Below, piece by piece: positions 9,258 to 16,135 of a DNA stretch of 37,552 bases. The DNA is from a virus (Duplodnaviria > Caudoviricetes). A program made the position numbers and the translations under genes. The stretch covers positions 1-37,552 of the IMG/VR virus record IMGVR_UViG_3300043394_000489; one strand, 5' to 3'. The notes beneath the pieces were generated by a model. That model was not told where the DNA came from. It did no database searches and worked only from the letters and a program-made list of their open reading frames with translations. The stretch's first letter is position 1; every line of letters starts with the position of its first letter.

Positions 9258-9324
9258 AAATATACAATCTCCCTAAATAAATTCCTATGTTTTTAGCTAT
9301 TTTTTCCGCTTGCTCGTATGTCAT
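9100..9324 (-). CDS. Hypothetical ORF, possibly the frameshifted N-terminus of 9024..9257
   Basis: GAGG RBS and ATG 1 nt after the lipoprotein stop, but its distal 158 nt overlap 9024..9257 out of frame. Confidence 0.3.
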   Translation of the reverse strand: MTYEQAEKIAKNIGIYLGRLYIYGEGKRNRQHRFMALRSSGVYNYNKSNGSRRLLLLQTISRHDAGANRPSSVK

Positions 9325-9325
9325 G

Positions 9326-9496
9326 CTAATACCTCGCTTTTTCAGGGGGTGCTTGTTTTAAACCAGCATTGTTATTTAATTCTTTAACCGGACTAACTCC
9401 AATCTCGAATCTCCAACCAGTTTCAGGCGCACATCCAGGTAACAAACTAACAGCCAAAAACAAAGTAATTGCCAACAACAAACTATATATTCTCAT
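9326..9496 (-). CDS. 56-aa lipoprotein (not in ORF track)
   Basis: MRIYSLLLAITLFLAVSLLPG-CAPETGWRFEIGVSPVKELNNNAGLKQAPPEKARY; lipobox-like LPGC; AAGGA RBS. Confidence 0.75.
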   Translation of the reverse strand: MRIYSLLLAITLFLAVSLLPGCAPETGWRFEIGVSPVKELNNNAGLKQAPPEKARY

Positions 9497-9623
9497 AACG
9501 ATCCTTTATTTAACTCCGGCTTTATTACCGGCAGAATAAGCATTCGTAATTATGATGTAATATCTTTATACTTTTATGCTGTACAAATAACTTTGTATAT
9601 AGTATTTTGTATAAGTATTTGAA

Positions 9624-9872
9624 TTAATTAGCTTCTTTTTTTACCCATGACCAGAAAGTTTCTAGTGGGACACCTTTATCAGCTGCCATTTCTTGCCACG
9701 TTAAAAGAACGTCAAGCCTTATAGACTTGCATTTCTTCTTATCATAAGCATCTACGCCGGATGTAGTAACTTCACAGCCTCTTTGCCTCATTATTTGCGC
9801 TAGGCCGTAATTAGATTTGATACCTGTGAGTTTTTTTATTTTGTCGACAATTTCCATACTAGAGCTAACCAT
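9624..9872 (-). CDS. Small HTH transcriptional regulator (repressor/Cro-like, no peptidase domain)
   Basis: SNYGLAQIM...VTTSGVDAYD...SIRLDVL XRE-like HTH; divergent from the early operon. Confidence 0.65.
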   Translation of the reverse strand: MVSSSMEIVDKIKKLTGIKSNYGLAQIMRQRGCEVTTSGVDAYDKKKCKSIRLDVLLTWQEMAADKGVPLETFWSWVKKEAN

Positions 9873-9923
9873 AACGCACCTAAGATATTTTATATATATA
9901 CTTAATTAATTGTACATAATATA

Positions 9924-9953
9924 TTGACATACGTCTATAGAGTAATATATATT
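9924..9953 (+). promoter_or_regulatory. Sigma70-type early promoter
   Basis: TTGACA (9924-9929)-N18-TATATT upstream of the AAGGGG RBS and ATG 9983. Confidence 0.6.
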
Positions 9954-9982
9954 TGTACATATAGAAAGCATAAGGGGACTAT

Positions 9983-10324
9983 ATGAGCAACATAATTCAT
10001 AAATTAAAATTAGAACTTGATTCAGCACTTCTAGACGCAAAAGAGAACAACGACGAAAAAGCGATAAACTTCATTCTTGGCACTTTGCAGGACTTAGAAA
10101 ACTACGGCTATTTTTGCTGTAATTTCTGCAAAAACTATACAGATTATGCCTCTGCTATTTATTTGCTTGATATTGGCACTATAGGAACAGCTAACAGCGA
10201 ATATACAGAGCACGACGGCGAGCCGATGTGTTCATGTTGTTACGAACGATTCGAGAGAGAAGATAGAAATAGACAGGCATTAATTAATGCTGACAATAAC
10301 GAGAGATTTTTAAATATAAAATAA
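9983..10324 (+). CDS. Zinc-finger-like early protein
   Basis: CNFC ... CSCC pair; carries 16 aa identical to the downstream exonuclease. Confidence 0.7.
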   Translation: MSNIIHKLKLELDSALLDAKENNDEKAINFILGTLQDLENYGYFCCNFCKNYTDYASAIYLLDIGTIGTANSEYTEHDGEPMCSCCYERFEREDRNRQALINADNNERFLNIK

Positions 10325-11006
10325 TAATAATTATGACAACCCATAAGAAAATCACAGATAGTGAATATAATGCGCTAACAGGGCTTAGAGCTTCGGTTCT
10401 TAAGGAGCTAGTTAAATCGCCTTTACACGCCAAATACGCTGAAGATAACATTAAAGACAACACACCGGCACTATTATTAGGTCGATGGCTTCACAGCTAT
10501 ATATTAGAGCCTGATAACTTCGCAAAAAAGCACCATTTTTTAGATGAAAAATTAGATTTAAGAAAATCAGCCGACAAGGAAAGAAAAGCGTTGTTAGTGC
10601 AAGAATTCGGCGAAAATATAATTGATCTTCAAACAGCGGAAGTACTTAAAAATATAAGAAAATCGGCTTATATCAATCAGTCCATAACGAACACTTTGAA
10701 AGCTGTTAGTGAAGTAGAATTATCATTACAATGGCAGGAGAGGGGATTAGAGTGTAAAGCTAGGCTTGATGCATACAGCGAGCAACTAGGGGCTATTATA
10801 GATATCAAAACATGTCAAGACGCAAGCAAATCGGGATTTTCTCGCACAATTAATAATTTTAATTATCACCTACAAGCAGCGCATTACTTAGCAGGGGCAG
10901 CAGAAAACGGCATTAAAGCAGATAAATTTATTTTTATAGCTTTTGAAAAAAACGCGCCTTATGCCTCTGCTATTTATTTGCTTGATATTGGCACTATAGG
11001 AACAGC
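10144..11006 (+). repeat. Exact 48-bp direct repeat (10144-10191 and 10959-11006) shared by two different genes
   Basis: TTATGCCTCTGCTATTTATTTGCTTGATATTGGCACTATAGGAACAGC, read as YASAIYLLDIGTIGTA in both. Confidence 0.95.
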
Positions 11007-11163
11007 GCAAACACAAAGAGAATTTCTACTAGAATTGTATAAAAAATGTAAACAACGTGGTTTATGGCCGAGTTATTCAAATAAGGTAGAAAACATAGCA
11101 TTGCCAGAGTGGGCTAGTGCACAAATAGAAAACGAATTTTTAGAGGATAAAAACTATGAGTAA
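10333..11163 (+). CDS. PD-(D/E)XK exonuclease, RecE / exonuclease VIII-like (DUF3799-type)
   Basis: ALLLGRWLHSYILEP, CKARLD, IIDIKT, YHLQAAHY, FIFIAFEK motifs; adjacent to RecT. Confidence 0.88.
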   Translation: MTTHKKITDSEYNALTGLRASVLKELVKSPLHAKYAEDNIKDNTPALLLGRWLHSYILEPDNFAKKHHFLDEKLDLRKSADKERKALLVQEFGENIIDLQTAEVLKNIRKSAYINQSITNTLKAVSEVELSLQWQERGLECKARLDAYSEQLGAIIDIKTCQDASKSGFSRTINNFNYHLQAAHYLAGAAENGIKADKFIFIAFEKNAPYASAIYLLDIGTIGTAQTQREFLLELYKKCKQRGLWPSYSNKVENIALPEWASAQIENEFLEDKNYE

Positions 11164-11923
11164 ATTACAAGTAATTAAAAAGTCCGAGTTGGTTGAACAG
11201 ATTAAAACTAACTTTTTAAACAGTTCAGCAATGAATTTTCTTGGTGAAAATAAAAGAAAAGCAAATGAAATAATAGCAGGATTTTTATATACTGTTAATA
11301 AAAACCGTGAAATTCTTAATTGTACTCAAATATCTATATTAATCTCTCTTAATCAGTGCGCTCAATATGGTTTAGTGGCGGGAGCTAAACAAGAATGTGC
11401 ATTAATTCCTTACGGCAAAGAGTTAACTTTTCAGCCGATGGTAAACGGAATTATTAAAACTGCTTACGATAGCGGTTTTGTCACGCACATAGACTGCGAA
11501 ATAGTACACGAAAACGATTTTTTCGAGTATACGCAGGGAACTAAAACAGAGCTAACATTCAAGAAAAATATTTTCGCGGATAGGGGACGAATACATGGCG
11601 GTTATTGTGTAGTAACGCTTAAAGATTCACAAAAAATAATAGAAGTCATGGCTTTAGCAGAAATAGAAAAGATACAAATAAGAGCAAAAAATAAAACAAT
11701 TTGGGGAAATCACTGGTCTGAAATGGCTAGAAAAACAGTTATTAAAAGAGCACTAAAGAGGGTAGTAAAGTCGCAGGAGTTCGCGGAATTAATAGAATTA
11801 GATAATAAATTGGAGAGACCAGATTATTTCGAACAAACAAGAGAAAAATTAGACGAAATTAACCAAAAACTTAATGAAGTTGAGCCAACAGAAGTGATAG
11901 AGACAGCACAAGAAGCGATATAA
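11156..11923 (+). CDS. recT: RecT-family single-strand annealing recombinase
   Basis: CAQYGL...ALIPYG...FQPMVNG, VHENDFFEY, WGNHWSEMARKTVIKRALK. Confidence 0.92.
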   Translation: MSKLQVIKKSELVEQIKTNFLNSSAMNFLGENKRKANEIIAGFLYTVNKNREILNCTQISILISLNQCAQYGLVAGAKQECALIPYGKELTFQPMVNGIIKTAYDSGFVTHIDCEIVHENDFFEYTQGTKTELTFKKNIFADRGRIHGGYCVVTLKDSQKIIEVMALAEIEKIQIRAKNKTIWGNHWSEMARKTVIKRALKRVVKSQEFAELIELDNKLERPDYFEQTREKLDEINQKLNEVEPTEVIETAQEAI

Positions 11924-12029
11924 TTTTTGCGAAACTTTCCAAAAAAAATACCGACTAAATAAAAGGTAAGAACCTTCGAAATATATGATAAAAGGCAGCT
12001 TTCTTTTAAAGATAATGTAGGCTTAAAGG

Positions 12030-12042
12030 TAAGTTATTGATA
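12030..12042. promoter_or_regulatory. IHF consensus site
   Basis: TAAGTTATTGATA matches YAANNNNTTGATW, about 40 bp upstream of a promoter. Confidence 0.45.
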
Positions 12043-12080
12043 TTACTAGCAAATATCTTTAATAAAAAGCAATAAAAGAC

Positions 12081-12109
12081 TTGATAAACTATGTGCGATT
12101 GTATATAGT
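12081..12109 (+). promoter_or_regulatory. Sigma70-type promoter
   Basis: TTGATA-N17-TATAGT upstream of the AAGGGGA RBS and ATG 12147. Confidence 0.7.
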
Positions 12110-12146
12110 TTGAGTATAGCAGTTAATAATTTTTAAAAGGGGATAT

Positions 12147-12476
12147 ATGAGCGAATTATATTATACATTCAGAAATAATGGGGATTTTTTAACTAACAAG
12201 TTGCAAAAATTAAAAAATGCGGCACATGATCTCTTGGGGCATGATGGCCATAAATTTGAAATTAGAGAAGACGCTGAGGGCTGGTTTAGGCTTTTTGTGT
12301 CGGCTAGCTCCACAAACACATACGGCGGCGCAGGAGAGTTCGGTGAATGGACTGATTATTATGCTCGCACAGAAGAGGAGCTTTATAAAAATATAATAAA
12401 ACTCGGCGGAGTTCACTCCGCGTACGCAAAAACAGAAAAGGAATATAAAGATTTTTTAAAACAAATAGGAGAATAA
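12147..12476 (+). CDS. Hypothetical early protein
   Basis: Strong RBS and own promoter; 109 aa. Confidence 0.75.
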   Translation: MSELYYTFRNNGDFLTNKLQKLKNAAHDLLGHDGHKFEIREDAEGWFRLFVSASSTNTYGGAGEFGEWTDYYARTEEELYKNIIKLGGVHSAYAKTEKEYKDFLKQIGE

Positions 12477-12480
12477 AAAA

Positions 12481-12804
12481 ATGAAATCAAAAATCGAAAA
12501 AATTAATAAAGTTTTAGAAAAAAATGGGGTGATCGGGTGTATAGGCACAGCACAAGAATTTTTAGATTTACAATTAGACTGGAGAGAATTAGAAGAGGAG
12601 GGGTGTGACGATCCTCTCTTACTTCAAAACTTCTCAGTCTTTAATTACTATTTTGAAACTGACTGCGATGGGGAATATGCAGGAGCAAATACAATAGCTA
12701 AATTGCTAGAGTGTATCGATTTATCAGAAGCGGCAATCCGCGAAATAAAACATATTTTAAAAAAAAGGCCGATTGCTCGGCCTATGCTGCCTATGCGGCA
12801 GTAA
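12481..12804 (+). CDS. Hypothetical acidic protein
   Basis: AGGAG RBS; 107 aa. Confidence 0.7.
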   Translation: MKSKIEKINKVLEKNGVIGCIGTAQEFLDLQLDWRELEEEGCDDPLLLQNFSVFNYYFETDCDGEYAGANTIAKLLECIDLSEAAIREIKHILKKRPIARPMLPMRQ

Positions 12805-12858
12805 ATTTTAATATTCACAACAACATTTTCTAAGCTGCTTATTCAGCAGTGAAGATAA

Positions 12859-12881
12859 ATATATATATATATATATATATA
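12859..12881. repeat. (AT)11 microsatellite
   Basis: Perfect dinucleotide tract ending 13 bp before ATG 12895. Confidence 0.9.
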
Positions 12882-12894
12882 AAGTTAAAACATT

Positions 12895-13101
12895 ATGCAA
12901 GAAAATAAAATCTATTCTGTCGTTGAATGTGCTGCAAAACTTAGAATTAGTAAAAGCAGGGTTTTTGCTTTAATAAAAGACGGTCGAATTAAAGCTCAAA
13001 AAATAGGCAATTCGTTCATAGTTTTAGACTTTTCAGATGCAAAAAAAAGAAAAAACGGAAGGCCAAAAAAAGAGCTTGCAAAAAAGAAAATAGGAGTATA
13101 A
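12895..13101 (+). CDS. Excisionase-like (HTH_17-type) DNA-binding protein
   Basis: YSVVECAAKLRISKSRVFALIKDGRIKAQKIG winged HTH plus a basic GRPKK tail. Confidence 0.85.
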   Translation: MQENKIYSVVECAAKLRISKSRVFALIKDGRIKAQKIGNSFIVLDFSDAKKRKNGRPKKELAKKKIGV

Positions 13102-13196
13102 TAATGTAATATCTGCTTTTTTTTGATAGTTTCAAAAATGCCCGATAACTGTGGTTATAGAAACTTTCCAAAAATAAGCAGCTTAAAAATGTGCTG

Positions 13197-13294
13197 CAAA
13201 AAAGAAAAGCCCGCATTTCTGCGAGCTTTTCTGAATAATTGAAATACAACTTTCAACTATTCAGCAGTCATAGTCTTAAAAGGGATATATGACT
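13197..13294 (-). ncRNA. Candidate antisense RNA over the start/RBS of 13289
   Basis: Minus-strand promoter, a 14-bp hairpin (13231-13264) and a GAAA-loop terminator (13198-13232), each with a G-U pair only on the minus strand; ends are estimates. Confidence 0.55.
13198..13232 (-). terminator. Rho-independent terminator (possibly bidirectional)
   Basis: Minus strand AGAAAAGCTCGCA-GAAA-TGCGGGCTTTTCT-TTTTT. Confidence 0.75.
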
Positions 13295-13534
13295 AACAAA
13301 ATAATACAATACCGCGCGAAGACAATCAATCAAAAAAGTGAAAAACCTCATTTCTTAACTGAGCAAACTTTGCTTGAAAGAAGGCGATACGCCGAATCTC
13401 AGGCTTATATCGAGATGCTCAAGGCTCAAGAGGATTATCAAGAACAACCTACTAAATACGAGCTTTATTGCTTGTATGTTTACCTCATTTTAGCCGTCCT
13501 CGGTTGGGCTTTTTTAATTTATTTTATTTTTTAG
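13289..13534 (+). CDS. Small protein with C-terminal TM helix, first gene of the replication operon
   Basis: AAGGGA RBS; C-terminal YCLYVYLILAVLGWAFLIYFIF; ends 9 bp before the initiator gene. Confidence 0.65.
   Translation: MTNKIIQYRAKTINQKSEKPHFLTEQTLLERRRYAESQAYIEMLKAQEDYQEQPTKYELYCLYVYLILAVLGWAFLIYFIF
13301..13329 (-). promoter_or_regulatory. Antisense sigma70-type promoter
   Basis: TTGATT (13329-13324)-N17-TATTAT (13306-13301). Confidence 0.45.
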
Positions 13535-13543
13535 GGGTGGGGA

Positions 13544-14386
13544 ATGGCAGAGAGAGTTCAGCTAGACTACATACTTTTAGATTGTGATTTTTTAAACAAG
13601 CCAAAGATTGTGGCGTTATCATCACGTTATAATTATGTAGCTGTCTTGTATTACATCCAAATATTATGTGCTTTATCACGAGCAACGAACGCAAAAATGG
13701 ATATTTATGCAGCTTATGGGATGGCTAATCAGTTTGAAATATCTAAAGCAGATGCAAAAGAAATTATAGAATATTGCATAAAAAACAAGCTTTTACAGTG
13801 TGAAGATGATGTCATAACTCAATCAAGAGTAGCTGAAGATCAGGAGAAATTGGCAGAAGCAAGAAAGCGAAGAAATGAGGCTCAAGAAAAGTACAGACTT
13901 AAAAAAGAAGCTGAAGAAAAATCCAGACTTGATGAACTAGAAAGATTAAAAAAATTATCATGTGATAATCACATAATAATAGAAAATACGATTACACCTG
14001 ATACTGATACTATTACTGATACTGATACTGAATATAATAATAATAAACTGGCAGGCAAATATTGTAAGCTCGACGACATCGCAGCGGAGAACCTGATTAC
14101 GGCGAATGGGCTCGAAGTCGTCAAACGTGCGGTCGAGGTGGTTGATGGTTGGGTAGAACAGGCTAAAGGAACGGCAGAATTCGCGATTAATCGGCACAAA
14201 GCGAAAAACGGCACAGGGGTTTTAAAATCTTGGGCTCTATCGAAAGCCAGAAAACAACTCGCAGAAGAAGAAAAAACAAAACCTAAAAAACCAATCGACA
14301 AAACTCCTTACGGCGCAAACCACATAAAAAATATGCAGAATCTAGAAGAATTATTTGATGAAAACGGAGAATTTAAAAATGCTTAA
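13544..14386 (+). CDS. Replication initiator (DUF4373/Lin1244-like N-terminal winged helix)
   Basis: LDCDFLNKPKIVAL N-terminus, coiled coil, low-complexity DTDT linker; upstream of a helicase loader. Confidence 0.75.
   Translation: MAERVQLDYILLDCDFLNKPKIVALSSRYNYVAVLYYIQILCALSRATNAKMDIYAAYGMANQFEISKADAKEIIEYCIKNKLLQCEDDVITQSRVAEDQEKLAEARKRRNEAQEKYRLKKEAEEKSRLDELERLKKLSCDNHIIIENTITPDTDTITDTDTEYNNNKLAGKYCKLDDIAAENLITANGLEVVKRAVEVVDGWVEQAKGTAEFAINRHKAKNGTGVLKSWALSKARKQLAEEEKTKPKKPIDKTPYGANHIKNMQNLEELFDENGEFKNA
13998..14045 (+). repeat. Hexamer CTGATA repeats plus AAT run within the initiator gene, candidate origin region
   Basis: CTGATACTGATACTATTACTGATACTGATACTGAATATAATAATAATA; lambdoid origins commonly lie in this linker. 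Confidence 0.4.
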
Positions 14387-14909
14387 CCCAAAACAAATGC
14401 ATGAAATTTTATCTTATTTACAAGCCGATTCTGGTCGGTCAGTCAGAGCAGAAAAAGTAAAAGTCTGGCACGATCAATTTTCTAATATAGACTACGAAAC
14501 AGCATGGAAAGCAGCTAAACATTTAAACATTAAGGGCTATAAAGAATGGGAGCCACGAGCGCAGGATTTTAGAGATTCTCTAGCAGCGGTAACAGAAACA
14601 GAAAACATATCAGGGGATGAAGCTTATCAGCAAGCACTTGCAGCAGTTGCGCGTTATGGAAGTTATCGAGAAAAAGAGGCACTCGAATCATTACCATTAA
14701 GAACCAGAATCGCTTTACAAAGATTTGGTTATATAGAGCTTTGCATGTCTGATGTTTCTAAAAATTCGGTGCATAGAGCACAGTTTGCAAGAATTTATGA
14801 AGCAGTCAAAGAACGTGAATCTTTTCAAAGATCATCGTCAGCAGACATTTTAAAAACCATTCCAGCAGTTAAAAAATTATTAGATGTGAAGGAGAAACAA
14901 GCAGCATGA
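14379..14909 (+). CDS. Replicative helicase loader/inhibitor (G39P-like)
   Basis: VKVWHDQFSNIDYETAWKAA...EPRAQD; GDEAY...VARYGSY...RAQFARIYE; start moved to ATG 14379 behind a GGAG RBS. Confidence 0.75.
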   Translation: MLNPKQMHEILSYLQADSGRSVRAEKVKVWHDQFSNIDYETAWKAAKHLNIKGYKEWEPRAQDFRDSLAAVTETENISGDEAYQQALAAVARYGSYREKEALESLPLRTRIALQRFGYIELCMSDVSKNSVHRAQFARIYEAVKERESFQRSSSADILKTIPAVKKLLDVKEKQAA

Positions 14910-15190
14910 GCGCACCATTAAAAAAATATAAATTCAAAGCGATTGAAGTTTGTTATTGGGGCAACGGTAAATTTTCAGTCAAAAAAGAATACAAGCCGAA
15001 AGACTCGCCTGAATGGAAAAAAACAAATACTTATTTTCGTGAAGAATTGATTGAACTCGAAAGATTAATTCACACAGCACTAAGCGAGCCGATAGACGAC
15101 AAAAAACCGATTGAAATAACTAATCAGTTACCACAAAGCGAAGGCCAAGATTTTGAAGATGATGATATAACTTTTAAAGGATTGTTATGA
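14906..15190 (+). CDS. Probable small ssDNA-binding protein (PC4-like) with acidic tail
   Basis: Aromatic/basic beta region (IEVCYW...KKEYK...EWKKTNTY) and SSB-like tail DFEDDDITF. Confidence 0.5.
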   Translation: MSAPLKKYKFKAIEVCYWGNGKFSVKKEYKPKDSPEWKKTNTYFREELIELERLIHTALSEPIDDKKPIEITNQLPQSEGQDFEDDDITFKGLL

Positions 15191-15522
15191 AAACACTAAG
15201 CGAAATTAGAAATTTTTTAATTACTTCAGGTTATTCAAATGTTGATGCAGATATTTTTCTCGCGTATCACAGAAAAAATAAAAACCTTTGGATTTTATAT
15301 CAAAGAAAAGCTTTAGAGTTAATTAATAAAGGCGCGTCAAGATTATCAAGCAAATCAATTTTTGAGAAACTTAGGGAAGATGCGGATTTTAAAACTATAT
15401 CTGAAGATTTTAAATTAACGAATAACTATACGGCATATTATGCGCGATGTTTTATTTATTTTTACCCACAATACAAAGATTTGTTTGAACTAAGGCCGGT
15501 TGGCGAGAGGTTAGCAGCATGA
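15187..15522 (+). CDS. Conserved phage hypothetical protein
   Basis: FLAYHRKN...FKLTNNYTAYYAR...LFELR; ATGA coupling. Confidence 0.7.
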   Translation: MKTLSEIRNFLITSGYSNVDADIFLAYHRKNKNLWILYQRKALELINKGASRLSSKSIFEKLREDADFKTISEDFKLTNNYTAYYARCFIYFYPQYKDLFELRPVGERLAA

Positions 15523-15632
15523 GCGATGAACTAAAACAAAAACTTAAAGATGAAGGCTATGAGCTTTTCTTTACAGACACGCATGACGGCTATCAAATTA
15601 TAGTTTTTAAAAAAAAGATTGAGGAAAAATGA
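15519..15632 (+). CDS. 37-aa protein (not in ORF track)
   Basis: MSDELKQKLKDEGYELFFTDTHDGYQIIVFKKKIEEK; ATGA overlaps at both ends; GAGG RBS. Confidence 0.7.
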   Translation: MSDELKQKLKDEGYELFFTDTHDGYQIIVFKKKIEEK

Positions 15633-15844
15633 AGCCACAGTTTATGCCAGTTGATTTAATTCCAGTCATCCAAGTAGAAACGTACAGGGCTTATCTGCTA
15701 GTCGGCGGCAAAAGCCACGAGCTAAGAAAGCAGCAAGTGTTGAAGCTAAGAGACAGCTTGGATGAAGCTTACAAGAAGCTAGAAGAATATGAGCAGAGGC
15801 ATGACATCGATTTAAGCAAAGAAACTTTTACGGGGAATATATGA
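15629..15844 (+). CDS. Hypothetical protein
   Basis: ATGA-coupled in the early operon. Confidence 0.7.
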   Translation: MKPQFMPVDLIPVIQVETYRAYLLVGGKSHELRKQQVLKLRDSLDEAYKKLEEYEQRHDIDLSKETFTGNI

Positions 15845-16134
15845 GTGAGCAGACAGCTTGTAAGGTTGTTAAGTTAGACGATCTGAAAAAACTACTTAAA
15901 ATCTGGATACTGAAAAATAGCATAACAAATACGGAGAGGTTATTTTCTTGCAGGGTTGATGCGGAAGGTTACGAGAATAGTCATACAACAATACACGAGG
16001 GCTACTTCATAACCAAGGAGCAGCTAGCAGAACTCTATCAGAGTGGCGTTAATCAGGGGGTAGCGTATGGGATGATCGATATGGAAGTTATGCCGTTAGA
16101 CGAAATTTTAAAACAATTAGGAGAGGAGGCATGA
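15841..16134 (+). CDS. Hypothetical protein
   Basis: ATGA-coupled in the early operon. Confidence 0.7.
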   Translation: MSEQTACKVVKLDDLKKLLKIWILKNSITNTERLFSCRVDAEGYENSHTTIHEGYFITKEQLAELYQSGVNQGVAYGMIDMEVMPLDEILKQLGEEA

Positions 16135-16135
16135 A

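Larger units (their letters stand above)
9580..9961. promoter_or_regulatory. Candidate operator repeats flanking the repressor gene
   Basis: TTGTACATA at 9910-9918 and 9953-9961; TGTACAAATA at 9580-9589 is the reverse complement of 9950-9959; TTGTATATAGT at 9593-9603 recurs at 12099-12109. Confidence 0.45.

Noticed and set aside
10144-11006. 48-bp repeat as a DGR template/variable pair
   Set aside because: The copies are identical, with no adenine-specific differences, and no reverse transcriptase is present.
13016-13249. 77-aa minus-strand hydrophobic ORF
   Set aside because: The Phe/Leu richness derives from A-runs of the opposite strand and it crosses a terminator; probably spurious.
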